Positions 29,168-39,160 of a stretch of DNA of 64,000 nucleotides are shown piece by piece. The notes beneath the pieces are model-generated. The model was not told the origin of the DNA. It saw only the letters and a program-made list of their open reading frames with translations, and did not search any database. Source of the DNA: a virus; the IMG/VR virus record IMGVR_UViG_3300021964_000047, positions 1-64,000 of that record. One strand, written 5' to 3'. Each line of letters starts with the position of its first letter. Position 1 is the first letter of the stretch. A program made the translations under genes and the position numbers.

Positions 29168-30523
29168 ATGCAAACACAAACAGACAACTTTTCCAAGTTC
29201 GGTAAGAGTTTTCAAGAAAAACTATGCCAACTTATGCTTGAGGACAGACCCTTCTGCGATCAAATCACAGAAGTCCTTGATATTCAATTTCTCGAGGTCA
29301 AATACCTTCAAGTTTTTATTCAAACAATTCTTGATTATCGTCACAAATATGGAGTTCATCCTACTTATGAAATACTCGCAACAATCTTCAAGTCTGGCAT
29401 CACAGAACATGATGATGCTGTTCAAAAGCAAGTGCGAGATTATTACACACGAGTCCTCTCCGGAAAGGTCGAGGGTGCTCAATTTGTTAAAGATACGGCA
29501 ATGGATTTCTGCCGCAAGCAAGTTCTAAAGCAAGCGATGATGAAATCAGTTGGACTTCTAAAAACATCGTCATTTGACGAAATTTCAAAGGTAATTAATG
29601 ATGCTCTTAAACTTGGTTCTGATAACAACTTCGGCCATGACTGGCTGGCTGATTTTGAACGTAGATTCGAGATCAGAGCAAGAAACCCTGTCTCAACAGG
29701 ATGGGAACGAATGGACACCCTCTGTAAGGGTGGTCTTGGGCGTAGCGAACTTGGTGTGGTTATCGCTCCTACTGGCGCTGGTAAATCAATGGTCCTTGTC
29801 CATTTAGGGACCCAAGCACTAAAAGAAGGAAAAACCGTTGTACATTATACTTTAGAATTGGCGGATACCGTTGTCGGTTCTCGCTATGACTCCTGCATGA
29901 CTGGCATTCCGCTTAACGATCTGATGCACAACAAAGAGGAGATCTTTGATGCGATCTCTGATGTTGAAGGCTCGCTCATTGTTAAAGAATATCCCACCAA
30001 GTCAGCAACAACTCAATCAATCAAAAATCACCTCGAGAAACTTAAAAAGCGAGGTATTCATCCTGATATGGTTATCGTGGATTATGCTGACTTGTTGAGA
30101 CCAGTCAGGGGTCAATCCGAAAAGCGACACGAATTAGAGTCGTTATACGAAGAACTCCGTGGTATTGCCCAAACCATGGAATGTCCCATTTGGACCGCTT
30201 CACAAACCAATAGGTCTGGGCTAAATGCTGAAGTTATTACAATGGAAGCAATCTCGGAGGCATTCAACAAATGCTTTGTCGCAGATTTTATTTTTACTGT
30301 GTCTCGAACAATCGAGGACAAAAAAGCCAATATGGGTCGTATCTTTGTTGCGAAGAATAGAAATGGTCCCGATGGACTTGTTCTTCCAATCTTCATGGAC
30401 ACAGCGAATGTCTGCATAAAGATCCTTGAAGATCAAGACGAGTTGGAAGAACAACGAGCCAACCCTGTCGCTAATGCCAAAGAACACATTAAAAATAAAT
30501 ATTCACATTTGTTAAACAAATAA
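29168..30523 (+). CDS. dnaB: Replicative DNA helicase (DnaB/T4 gp41 family)
   Basis: APTGAGKS Walker A, YTLEL, IVDYADL, WTASQTNR, KNRNG. Confidence 0.92.
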   Translation: MQTQTDNFSKFGKSFQEKLCQLMLEDRPFCDQITEVLDIQFLEVKYLQVFIQTILDYRHKYGVHPTYEILATIFKSGITEHDDAVQKQVRDYYTRVLSGKVEGAQFVKDTAMDFCRKQVLKQAMMKSVGLLKTSSFDEISKVINDALKLGSDNNFGHDWLADFERRFEIRARNPVSTGWERMDTLCKGGLGRSELGVVIAPTGAGKSMVLVHLGTQALKEGKTVVHYTLELADTVVGSRYDSCMTGIPLNDLMHNKEEIFDAISDVEGSLIVKEYPTKSATTQSIKNHLEKLKKRGIHPDMVIVDYADLLRPVRGQSEKRHELESLYEELRGIAQTMECPIWTASQTNRSGLNAEVITMEAISEAFNKCFVADFIFTVSRTIEDKKANMGRIFVAKNRNGPDGLVLPIFMDTANVCIKILEDQDELEEQRANPVANAKEHIKNKYSHLLNK

Positions 30524-30536
30524 TAGGAGAAACAAC

Positions 30537-32510
30537 ATGTTTAAAATAAGCGAAGTCAATGTTCGCAAATTTAAGCTTTCCGATAATTTCATCGGACAGT
30601 ATGCGGAGAAAGAAGTCCCATGGGGACCTGTGGGCTATATTACATTCAAGCGAACCTATGCTCGCCGTTTGAATGAATTCACAGAAGGAGCTGAAGGCAC
30701 AGAAGAATGGTATCAAACCTGTCGTCGTGTTATCGAAGGAATGTTCGATATTCAGAAGCGTCACGTCCATGCTCTTGGTTTAGAATGGAATGATCAGAAA
30801 GCCCAAAGAACCGCAAAGGAAGCATATGACCGTCTTTTCAATCTTAAATGGACACCACCCGGCCGAGGTCTTTGGATGATGGGAACTAAGTTCATTTACG
30901 AACGAACAGGTGCTGGTCTTTTCAATTGCGCTTTCCGATCAACTCGCGAGATTTCCTCAAAAGGTGGCTACATCTTTGCTTGGATGATGGACGCTCTTAT
31001 GGTTGGTATCGGAGTTGGTTTCGATACACTTGGAGCAGGCACATGTACTATCCGAGAACCAGAATATGTTGAGGACAATTATACTATTTCAGATTCTCGT
31101 GAAGGTTGGGTGAAATCGGTCCAGATTCTTCTCGACGGATTTTTCTTCGGCAAAAAAATTCCCCAATTCGATTACTCCGTCATCCGACCACCCGGAGAGG
31201 AAATCAAAGGATTCGGTGGAACTGCATCGGGATATGGCCCGCTAAAGGAACTTCATGATTCACTTAAAGAACTTTACACGCCGCTTATCGGTAAAGAAAT
31301 TGATTCGGTTACAATTGTTGACACTGAAAACCTTATTGGTCGTTGTGTTGTTGCAGGGAATGTACGTCGTTCTGCTGCTCTTGCTTTGGGCCAGCACGAT
31401 GACATGCAATATCTTACAATGAAGAACGATCAAGAGAAATTATACTCTCATCGCTGGGGATCAAACAATTCTTTTGAAGCCCGTGTCGGAATGGATTATA
31501 CTTGGCACGCCGCTCAAAGCCAAAAGAACGGAGAACCCGGTTATATCTGGCTTGATAACGCAAGAACTCGAGGCCGAATGAAAGACGGCTATCGTGACGA
31601 TGATCTTAAGGTTATGGGCTTCAATCCTTGTGTCGAACAACAATTAGAAGACGGTGAGCTTTGTTGTCTTGTTGAGACTTATCCCGCAAAGCACGATTCT
31701 TATGAAGATTATCTGAGAACTCTAAAAATTGCATACCTTTACGGAAAGACCGTAACGCTTGCAAATACCCATTGGCCCGAGACCAACGCTCTTATGTTAA
31801 AAAATCGTCGAATTGGTTTGTCACAGACCGGCGTGGTTCAAGCATTCAATAAGTTCGGTCGTCGTGAAATGTATAAGTGGTGCGACAAAGCTTATGATCA
31901 TGTTAAGGAACTTGACGAGCAATATTCAGATTGGCTTTGTGTTCCAAGATCAGTTCGAATGACTTCTATTAAGCCATCAGGCACCGTGTCTTTGCTTAAT
32001 GGATCAACTCCCGGCATTCATTTTCCCGAGGACGAATATTATATCCGACGCATTCGCTTCGCGAAAGACTCAAAGCTAATCGAGCCGCTTCGTGAAGCAG
32101 GTTATCGTATCGAGGAGGACAAGTACTCTCCAAACACTCTTTGTGTTGAATTTCCGGTAAAAGAGCCACACTTTTTCAAAGGAAAGCGTGACGTAAGCAT
32201 GTGGGAGCAATTGGAGATTGCCGCTCAATATCAGCACTATTGGGCCGATAATTCAGTATCAATCACCGTTACTTTTAAGCCCGAGGAAGCGCACCAAATT
32301 AAGGACGCTTTGGAAATGTATGAGACTCGTCTCAAAGCCGTGTCCTTCCTTCGTTATGAGGAAACCGGATACGAGCAGGCTCCATACGAGCCAATCACCA
32401 AAGAACAATACGAGGACATGATAAAAAATGTTACCCCAATCCAACGAATTGAGACCAATGAAGGCGGAACGGGAACCAAATTTTGTTCAAATGACACTTG
32501 CGAAATATAG
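30537..32510 (+). CDS. nrdJ: Class II (B12-dependent) ribonucleotide reductase, monomeric RTPR type
   Basis: PPGRGLW, FNC, GNVRRSA, NPCVEQ, RRIGL, TSIKPSGTVS and C-terminal FCSNDTC. Confidence 0.92.
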   Translation: MFKISEVNVRKFKLSDNFIGQYAEKEVPWGPVGYITFKRTYARRLNEFTEGAEGTEEWYQTCRRVIEGMFDIQKRHVHALGLEWNDQKAQRTAKEAYDRLFNLKWTPPGRGLWMMGTKFIYERTGAGLFNCAFRSTREISSKGGYIFAWMMDALMVGIGVGFDTLGAGTCTIREPEYVEDNYTISDSREGWVKSVQILLDGFFFGKKIPQFDYSVIRPPGEEIKGFGGTASGYGPLKELHDSLKELYTPLIGKEIDSVTIVDTENLIGRCVVAGNVRRSAALALGQHDDMQYLTMKNDQEKLYSHRWGSNNSFEARVGMDYTWHAAQSQKNGEPGYIWLDNARTRGRMKDGYRDDDLKVMGFNPCVEQQLEDGELCCLVETYPAKHDSYEDYLRTLKIAYLYGKTVTLANTHWPETNALMLKNRRIGLSQTGVVQAFNKFGRREMYKWCDKAYDHVKELDEQYSDWLCVPRSVRMTSIKPSGTVSLLNGSTPGIHFPEDEYYIRRIRFAKDSKLIEPLREAGYRIEEDKYSPNTLCVEFPVKEPHFFKGKRDVSMWEQLEIAAQYQHYWADNSVSITVTFKPEEAHQIKDALEMYETRLKAVSFLRYEETGYEQAPYEPITKEQYEDMIKNVTPIQRIETNEGGTGTKFCSNDTCEI

Positions 32511-32518
32511 GAGGAATA

Positions 32519-32800
32519 ATGTCATTAATACCAGAAAACCGTCATCTATTGGTTATTCCCGTTGAGGAATCACAAGATAGCAATTACGACAGAGTTCAGT
32601 TATTAATGCCCGACGACTTCAAGCCACCTCAATCATTACATGTAGTGTGCGAGGTGGTGGCCATCGCCAAGGACTCAAAGTTCTATGGCGAGGCCATCGA
32701 TCGGATTGTAACTGAAAGAAGAATGCTTCAAGAGATGCAAATTGAAGGCGAAACATACTATTTAGTGTTAGAAAATTATGTTTTTGGGAGAATAACGTGA
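32519..32800 (+). CDS. groES: GroES-like co-chaperonin
   Basis: LIPENRHLLV...LLMPD...EVVAI...EGETYYLVLENYVFG pattern; about 93 aa; GroEL present in window. Confidence 0.65.
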   Translation: MSLIPENRHLLVIPVEESQDSNYDRVQLLMPDDFKPPQSLHVVCEVVAIAKDSKFYGEAIDRIVTERRMLQEMQIEGETYYLVLENYVFGRIT

Positions 32801-33363
32801 AACTAACAAAACGATTACTCGAGAAAATGATTCGAGAAGCAGTCAAGCAATATGCTGTTGATCCGGACCAATGGATGACACAAAGTCCTTTGGAACCCGG
32901 TTATGCAGGTTTAAAAAACTTAGCTCAATCTGGAGATATTGAAAATATCAATATGGCGAAAGAACTAGGATATACACCTGAAATCACAGGAGATGAAAGA
33001 GTCTTTGGATCAACTGGTGATCCTATCATGCGCTTCATTATTAATCGCACCGAGGATCTCGAAGCAGAACCAGATGAATTTGATTTGCAAATGAAATTTA
33101 TGATAGGTTTGAGAGAATTATCTGATAAAATGAAAGAATTGCTAAGAACTGGCAACGACAAAGATTCTAGAGATTTTTATGTTTTTGCTGATAATCTTTA
33201 TCATAAATTGATTAACTTGACTTACGAAGGATACGATGATGGTGTTATTCCCTCAATGAAAGAAGCGATTTATGAAAAATCACCAAAGATCATTGAAATG
33301 TTCAGAAAAAATCATCCAATGGTATATTCCAAAGTTCTCGCTGCTATTAAAGAGATCCAATAA
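32797..33363 (+). CDS. Hypothetical protein with MKLTKRLLEKMIRE leader (candidate internal virion protein)
   Basis: Shared N-terminal motif; ACTATTTA at 32757. Confidence 0.7.
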   Translation: MKLTKRLLEKMIREAVKQYAVDPDQWMTQSPLEPGYAGLKNLAQSGDIENINMAKELGYTPEITGDERVFGSTGDPIMRFIINRTEDLEAEPDEFDLQMKFMIGLRELSDKMKELLRTGNDKDSRDFYVFADNLYHKLINLTYEGYDDGVIPSMKEAIYEKSPKIIEMFRKNHPMVYSKVLAAIKEIQ

Positions 33364-34350
33364 ATGAAACTAACAAGACGATTACTCGAAAGAATGATTC
33401 GAGAAGAATATAAACAATATTATATTGCGCCCGAAGGAACACACTTAATGCCGGGTGCTACTTCCGATGAAAGTGGAATTACCATGACGGATGAGAATTA
33501 TGAAAAATTGATGGTTCTTTTGAATTCTGATGATAGAGAAAATGTTGAAATGGGAATAGAATTGGCCGATACTTTGGGTTTTTCCTTACCGCCAACAGAA
33601 ATCCCAGACAATGAAGAATATGAAAAATTTTTTGTTCCCTCGAATGATCCGATTGCTAATTCAGATATTGTTTACGAATGGATATATGACAGGGTTCATA
33701 GAGCACCTCTGTTGGACAAGGACGGGATTGCGGTGAGCCAGTATGAGAGATTAAACCATAAGTGGACCCGGGTGTTAGAGCATCTTTTTAACCTTGTGAG
33801 ATATCAATCACACGATTGGGTTGGCGGCCCACGTGGTCTCTATAAACAAGATAATGAAAACGCTGGCATGAATAAAGAATACTACCAAGAAGCAGCATTA
33901 ATTGTAGATACAATTACAGAACGTTTTGTAAATGCAAAATTTAGGGCCTATGAAGTGCCTATTCGCATCGACCCCGATAAACCGGCTGGTTCACTCCCTC
34001 GTAGTAATAAATCACTCTCTAGAGAATTGAAAAGTATCTTAAGAGCATTGGCTCAAAGATTACCACGCGGAATGGCGGCATTGGCTTGGATTGTTAAAAA
34101 TAGACAATATCCCCATCGTGGCGACCAGAACCCACGTGATCGCGAAGGCAAAACGATAGCAGATAGAAAAGCGCGCGCCTATAATTTGACATTACCATCG
34201 CGCTCCGATTATATGCAAGATACATGGTCAGACAAAATTGTCGATGCTTATCGTAGGGCAAAAGCGTTTTTAACGAGAAATCGTGTACCAACATCGACAA
34301 CAACAATGTCAGATAAAACTTGGAAAGATTTACCAACGGAGAAAAAATAA
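33364..34350 (+). CDS. Hypothetical protein with MKLTRRLLERMIRE leader
   Basis: Shared leader; also shares a D.EN..M..EL motif with the previous gene. Confidence 0.7.
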   Translation: MKLTRRLLERMIREEYKQYYIAPEGTHLMPGATSDESGITMTDENYEKLMVLLNSDDRENVEMGIELADTLGFSLPPTEIPDNEEYEKFFVPSNDPIANSDIVYEWIYDRVHRAPLLDKDGIAVSQYERLNHKWTRVLEHLFNLVRYQSHDWVGGPRGLYKQDNENAGMNKEYYQEAALIVDTITERFVNAKFRAYEVPIRIDPDKPAGSLPRSNKSLSRELKSILRALAQRLPRGMAALAWIVKNRQYPHRGDQNPRDREGKTIADRKARAYNLTLPSRSDYMQDTWSDKIVDAYRRAKAFLTRNRVPTSTTTMSDKTWKDLPTEKK

Positions 34351-34351
34351 A

Positions 34352-35008
34352 ATGAAATTAACAAGACAATTATTAAAAGAAATGGTTCAACAAGTTGTGA
34401 GACAAAACAAGAAAAGTTTTTTGTTGAACGAATCTTATCAACCTGATCCTTCGCATGCTCAATCGTATGCTGAAATCATGGAAGTTCTTCACGGCATGGG
34501 AGCTTCATCAATCGGAATTATGTCCGGTCAAAACCCAATGGCAAAGGTCGACCAATCAGCCAATAACGCTCAGCTTCATCAATCTTTAATTCGAGACGTA
34601 ACAAATCAAGGTTTGCGTTATATTGAAGTTGGCGGTGTCTTTGGTGGCTTACCAGAAGATTCTTTGGTTATCATTGATCCTTCAATGGACCAAATGGCCG
34701 AGCTCAATAGAAAATACAAGCAATGGGGCTTCGTATACGGACCAGCACAAGGCGGTCAGTTACCTAGCTTCGTAATGATGAAGATGGATGTTGACGCAAA
34801 CGATGAACATACCCAAAATCCTCCAACTATTGACGCAGGGCCTGTTGAAGAAGTTATTATGCATCCGAGAACAATGGCAATTAAAGACGATTATACTTTT
34901 GATATTTCAAGTAAACAAAAGTTTTTAATTCCTCTTTATGGTGTTCCTGATTCTATTAAGAATACACCAGCTACACCAGTAGGTTCTTCACCAGACATGG
35001 AGGTATAA
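34352..35008 (+). CDS. Hypothetical protein with MKLTRQLLKEMV leader; DUF3293-like core
   Basis: IMSGQNP...N...L...G.FGG.PEDSLV pattern. Confidence 0.6.
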   Translation: MKLTRQLLKEMVQQVVRQNKKSFLLNESYQPDPSHAQSYAEIMEVLHGMGASSIGIMSGQNPMAKVDQSANNAQLHQSLIRDVTNQGLRYIEVGGVFGGLPEDSLVIIDPSMDQMAELNRKYKQWGFVYGPAQGGQLPSFVMMKMDVDANDEHTQNPPTIDAGPVEEVIMHPRTMAIKDDYTFDISSKQKFLIPLYGVPDSIKNTPATPVGSSPDMEV

Positions 35009-35713
35009 GTGGAATCAATCTATTTATACAACGATGATATCGGGCGAGTTGATTTAATCGATCATATGGGGTCTGACCTCACGATTGTTAACTCTGCCCG
35101 AGTTTCTTTCGGGGTAACCAAAGATCAACTTGATAATCGAGACAAAAAACTTATCAAATATTTGGTTAAGCACCGTCACACGTCGACCTTCGAGCACAAC
35201 GTCGTTACTTTTCGTTTTGTCGTTCCAATGTTTGTGCGATCTCAGCATATGCGTCATAGAACATGGGCCTATAACGAAATATCACGCAGATACACGGATA
35301 AGGACCTTCAGTTTTACACACCGAAGACATTTCGAACGCAGCACGAAACGAACAGGCAAGCATCGAATTTGGATGAAATAAATCCTGTTGTTGTTCCTGA
35401 TCTCGCAGACTTCGGAGAAGGAAAAAGAGCGGATTTGGCCGTAAAATCGCATGTTCGCAATTCTTTGGAACTATTTAATACATTGATGAGAGAAGGTGTG
35501 TGTCGTGAGCAAGCGAGAATGGTTTTACCACAAAATCTTTACACCGAATACTACGGCACGGTCAACCTTAATAATCTTCTTAAGTTTGTTAGCCTCCGCA
35601 GTCACGCCGGCGCTCAATGGGAGATCCAACGAGTTGCAGACGCCTGTTTGGAAATTGCGTCAACGCTTTGGCCGGAGGCTGTGGGAGCGTATAGACAAAA
35701 TGTCGTATCATAA
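35009..35713 (+). CDS. thyX: FAD-dependent thymidylate synthase
   Basis: HTSTFEH, QHMRHRTWAYNEISRRY, EQARMVLP, LRSH..AQWEI. Confidence 0.95.
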   Translation: MESIYLYNDDIGRVDLIDHMGSDLTIVNSARVSFGVTKDQLDNRDKKLIKYLVKHRHTSTFEHNVVTFRFVVPMFVRSQHMRHRTWAYNEISRRYTDKDLQFYTPKTFRTQHETNRQASNLDEINPVVVPDLADFGEGKRADLAVKSHVRNSLELFNTLMREGVCREQARMVLPQNLYTEYYGTVNLNNLLKFVSLRSHAGAQWEIQRVADACLEIASTLWPEAVGAYRQNVVS

Positions 35714-35948
35714 AATCAAATCAGAATTCGAGGTGGGCGACCTTGTTCACCTCGAGGCCTATAATATTGATATCTATACAAATGATAATAAAAAGCTCGC
35801 TGTTATCATTACCGGACCTAATTATGGTAGATCATTAACTTATGAAGATTGGGAAGTTCTCGATGAACCTATGTATGATATTTTGTGCGAAGGTCGAGTT
35901 CAAACAAATATCCCACAAAAGTTTTTAGAAAAGGTAACAAAAAAATGA
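35700..35948 (+). CDS. Small KOW/SH3-like protein (FEVGDLV)
   Basis: GDLV motif near N-terminus; overlaps neighbours. Confidence 0.55.
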   Translation: MSYHKIKSEFEVGDLVHLEAYNIDIYTNDNKKLAVIITGPNYGRSLTYEDWEVLDEPMYDILCEGRVQTNIPQKFLEKVTKK

Positions 35949-36643
35949 AATTATTAATGGAAAACTGGAGAACCTTTCTTAAAGAATCAAGAATAACTCT
36001 TGATGATGTTGCTTTGTATCAAGTCCGTCATGACTCTGGTTTTTATTTCATTTTATATCGTGTCTATAACCATCCGGCAATCCAACGAGATGTTGTGAGT
36101 GTTATCGGGAGAATCACTGTCAGCCCGACTCTCGAACCATGTATTCCAGAAACATATCAAGTAGATTCTATTTATGTTGATAAACCTTATCGCGATATGG
36201 GATTCGGTAGTACGTTATATAATATAGCTTTTCTATTTGCCGATTATAGAAAAATGGGACTAACCTCCGATAAAGTGGTCGGAACCAATAAAAAAGCAGC
36301 AGATCAATGGCTAAAGTTTGATAACAGATCGAATTATGTAAAAAAAGCAACCTCTCAAGGAAATGATAAATTCGATTATACAGGCCGCGAAACTCCTTTA
36401 GATCCAGATGATGATTGCTCAATGCCGGCAATGACTCATAAGAATGCCACAGACCACAGTTTTATTAAAACAGATGCTGCTTCTTTCAGAAGCAAATATT
36501 TGGAAATGCATAAGCTACATCCTGTAAATGTTGATAAAGTTTTAAAAACAAGGATGTTCAGAGACCAAGCAGCATTTGAGAAATATATTGAAAGACAAGC
36601 TGAAGATGATTTTCAATTAAATTATGCGGATGAACCAGAATAA
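35945..36643 (+). CDS. GNAT-like acetyltransferase with MKLLMENWRTFLKE leader
   Basis: IYVDKPYRDMGFGSTLY acetyl-CoA-binding motif A. Confidence 0.65.
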   Translation: MKLLMENWRTFLKESRITLDDVALYQVRHDSGFYFILYRVYNHPAIQRDVVSVIGRITVSPTLEPCIPETYQVDSIYVDKPYRDMGFGSTLYNIAFLFADYRKMGLTSDKVVGTNKKAADQWLKFDNRSNYVKKATSQGNDKFDYTGRETPLDPDDDCSMPAMTHKNATDHSFIKTDAASFRSKYLEMHKLHPVNVDKVLKTRMFRDQAAFEKYIERQAEDDFQLNYADEPE

Positions 36644-36644
36644 A

Positions 36645-38354
36645 ATGAAGTTATTATTTGAAAATTGGAGAAAATACCTTAATGAATCAAAAGACATCGA
36701 TCTTTTGCATGATCAGATTTATCGCTATGAAGATATGAGAATCTCATTTGCAAAAAAGATTTCTGATATTCTTTTCTTATATCAAGGCAAGAACTCAATT
36801 TCAGGTGTTGATTTGCAAGATAGAATAACACTTGCTGCGAAGCCAAACACACAAGTTCAATTATCTGATGGTTTTGTTGCAAAGACACCAACACAAGAAG
36901 AAATTAATTTGTTCAGACAAGAAGCAGAAATGCTATTCGATTCTCTCGAGGCAGACAGAACTAAGATCGCACAAACATATGACACCCTCGCCAAACAATT
37001 TGACAAATATATTGATTTATTTATTAAACTCACAAACGACTCCGAAGATCAATCTTACGAAGGCCGTCTTGAACACATTCAGGATCTTGTCAAGCAAATA
37101 GGTTACGAAGAAGAGCCAATTTATTCCGAAGAACAACGAGACTTCGTTCAATCTCTTATCGTCAAGCCGCTTAAAGGTACAAAGGACCCAAAGCATCCGT
37201 TCCCTGTTGGTTCTGTCAAAGACAAGAAAATGAAGAAACTTGGTCTTTCGGGGCTTCTCGAGCCTTTGCGAAAGCAATTCAAGCCAACTCGCAACGGCGG
37301 CCTTTCAAAAGGTAAAATCAAAGCTTATAACGATGCTCTTGGAGAGATCTGGGGATCGATGGCCGATTTGGTTCTCAAGCCAACGCACGAAGAAGCAATG
37401 GCCAAGCTGGGACCTGTTGGCGAGTCAATCTTCGCTGGAGATCCTTTGAAATATAAAGTAAGGATTCCTCGAGGACAGAACGTTTTTAAAAGAGAGACAG
37501 ACAGAGAGAACTCCGAGTTTATTCCTGTTACTGAATTCACTAAAGACAAATATCAGCTTGCACTCATGCATTATTTTAATCCCAACAACCTTCGAATGAA
37601 TGCTCAGTTAGCTGACGAAGGGGCAGATAAATCAGACGCAGAGATTAGAGCTCTGCAAGCACAGCTTGGTACGACAAGCGATCCAATGGAACAGCGTATC
37701 ATTCAAGGCCAAATAGCAAGAAAGAAACTTGAACGCAATATGAATCGCAAAAGAGCAAGACTTATACGTAAAGACATGCAAATGTATAAGACTGGCTTCG
37801 AAAACAGAATGGAAGGAAAAGACTCTGCTCTGCCTATTCCTCGACGATATGGTACAGCTCAATATACAGGCTACGGTCAAGCATCCGGATTTGACAATCT
37901 TGCGTTCGGTGGCGCACCAGCCAACATTTACAAAGACACCGGTGTGAAAGGAAGAACTGTTGAGGACGAAGATGATGTTCTTAGAACATTAGAATATTAT
38001 CTAGATGAAGTTGGCGGAGAGATTCCAAGCCCAATGCAAGATATCTATAACAGTGCTAGCGATGAAGATAAATATGCTGTTCAATCAATGTTGTTTTTAA
38101 ATTATGTTCACACAACCAAAGTTTCAGCGGAGCTCGCCCCAAGAGAACCAGAACCAGCATCACCAACCGGAGGCATTGAGTCTCTTGATGATCTCGACAT
38201 GGACGACCTCGATTATTATATGAACGAACTTAACTTCGCCGATGCTCCTGTCCAAGGAACGGGCGATGATGGTGATATCGATCTTGATGATCCAGAGAAC
38301 ATTGAATGGATGGTCGGAGAGATAAATAAAATAATGCAATCGGAGGCAACATAG
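36645..38354 (+). CDS. Hypothetical protein with MKLLFENWRKYLNE leader and acidic tail
   Basis: About 569 aa; shares leader with the preceding gene. Confidence 0.7.
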   Translation: MKLLFENWRKYLNESKDIDLLHDQIYRYEDMRISFAKKISDILFLYQGKNSISGVDLQDRITLAAKPNTQVQLSDGFVAKTPTQEEINLFRQEAEMLFDSLEADRTKIAQTYDTLAKQFDKYIDLFIKLTNDSEDQSYEGRLEHIQDLVKQIGYEEEPIYSEEQRDFVQSLIVKPLKGTKDPKHPFPVGSVKDKKMKKLGLSGLLEPLRKQFKPTRNGGLSKGKIKAYNDALGEIWGSMADLVLKPTHEEAMAKLGPVGESIFAGDPLKYKVRIPRGQNVFKRETDRENSEFIPVTEFTKDKYQLALMHYFNPNNLRMNAQLADEGADKSDAEIRALQAQLGTTSDPMEQRIIQGQIARKKLERNMNRKRARLIRKDMQMYKTGFENRMEGKDSALPIPRRYGTAQYTGYGQASGFDNLAFGGAPANIYKDTGVKGRTVEDEDDVLRTLEYYLDEVGGEIPSPMQDIYNSASDEDKYAVQSMLFLNYVHTTKVSAELAPREPEPASPTGGIESLDDLDMDDLDYYMNELNFADAPVQGTGDDGDIDLDDPENIEWMVGEINKIMQSEAT

Positions 38355-38362
38355 AACTCAAT

Positions 38363-39160
38363 TTGCCAAAGATTGTCCTCGGACGAACAATTAAGTCTCT
38401 TCTTTATGCTTACAAGAATGAGATTCCAATTATTGTTCATCAACCAATAAAGCCGAGCGATGTTGAGTTCATTGGAAAGAATCATGACTTTGATTTTCTT
38501 TGTTTCGAACGAAAGCCAACTTACGGAGAAGTGTGGGATCGCTTGACCTTTGCTCTCGGAATGGGCGGCTATATGATCGCCCCAGATTTAATAACAAACT
38601 TCCGTCACGATACCGAAACAAAAACAATAACAATTGTTTCAAAACAAAGTTCTCGATTTATCGTTAAATATCAAGAGGTTATTGAGCCCGATCTCGGAGA
38701 AACAGGCAATGTTTATGTTTATGATTGGTTTGATGTGAGAACAGGCTCAAAAGATTTCCCCGATATAATGAGAGGAGAAGATGATCATCCTCAAAAGTTG
38801 GTGTTCTATGATTCAAGACGACAGAAGGTTCGCAATGGTTTGAAAGACTTTGTTGCAATCTCGAAGGTCAAAGAAACAAAGCTAAACTCTTGGGATTACA
38901 GCGAGGTCGCTGTTGAATACGCTTGCTATAAGTTATTCAAAAAGCACAATCTCAAAGGCGCACCAAACGGCTACACAAGGCACGGCAAGCAAAGATATTA
39001 TCCAGTTAAAATAGAGCATGCTTGGCGCGAGATCAAAAGCGAAATTAAATCTTTACACACATTAGAGGAACTATGCAAAATGAAGCAAAAGGGAAATCAC
39101 CTGACGAACTTAACGACAAACCTTTTCTCGACAACCAAAACTTCCACCTCGCAGGAGTAA
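38363..39160 (+). CDS. Hypothetical protein (possible degenerate Rossmann N-terminus)
   Basis: 265 aa ORF; start codon uncertain. Confidence 0.55.
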   Translation: MPKIVLGRTIKSLLYAYKNEIPIIVHQPIKPSDVEFIGKNHDFDFLCFERKPTYGEVWDRLTFALGMGGYMIAPDLITNFRHDTETKTITIVSKQSSRFIVKYQEVIEPDLGETGNVYVYDWFDVRTGSKDFPDIMRGEDDHPQKLVFYDSRRQKVRNGLKDFVAISKVKETKLNSWDYSEVAVEYACYKLFKKHNLKGAPNGYTRHGKQRYYPVKIEHAWREIKSEIKSLHTLEELCKMKQKGNHLTNLTTNLFSTTKTSTSQE

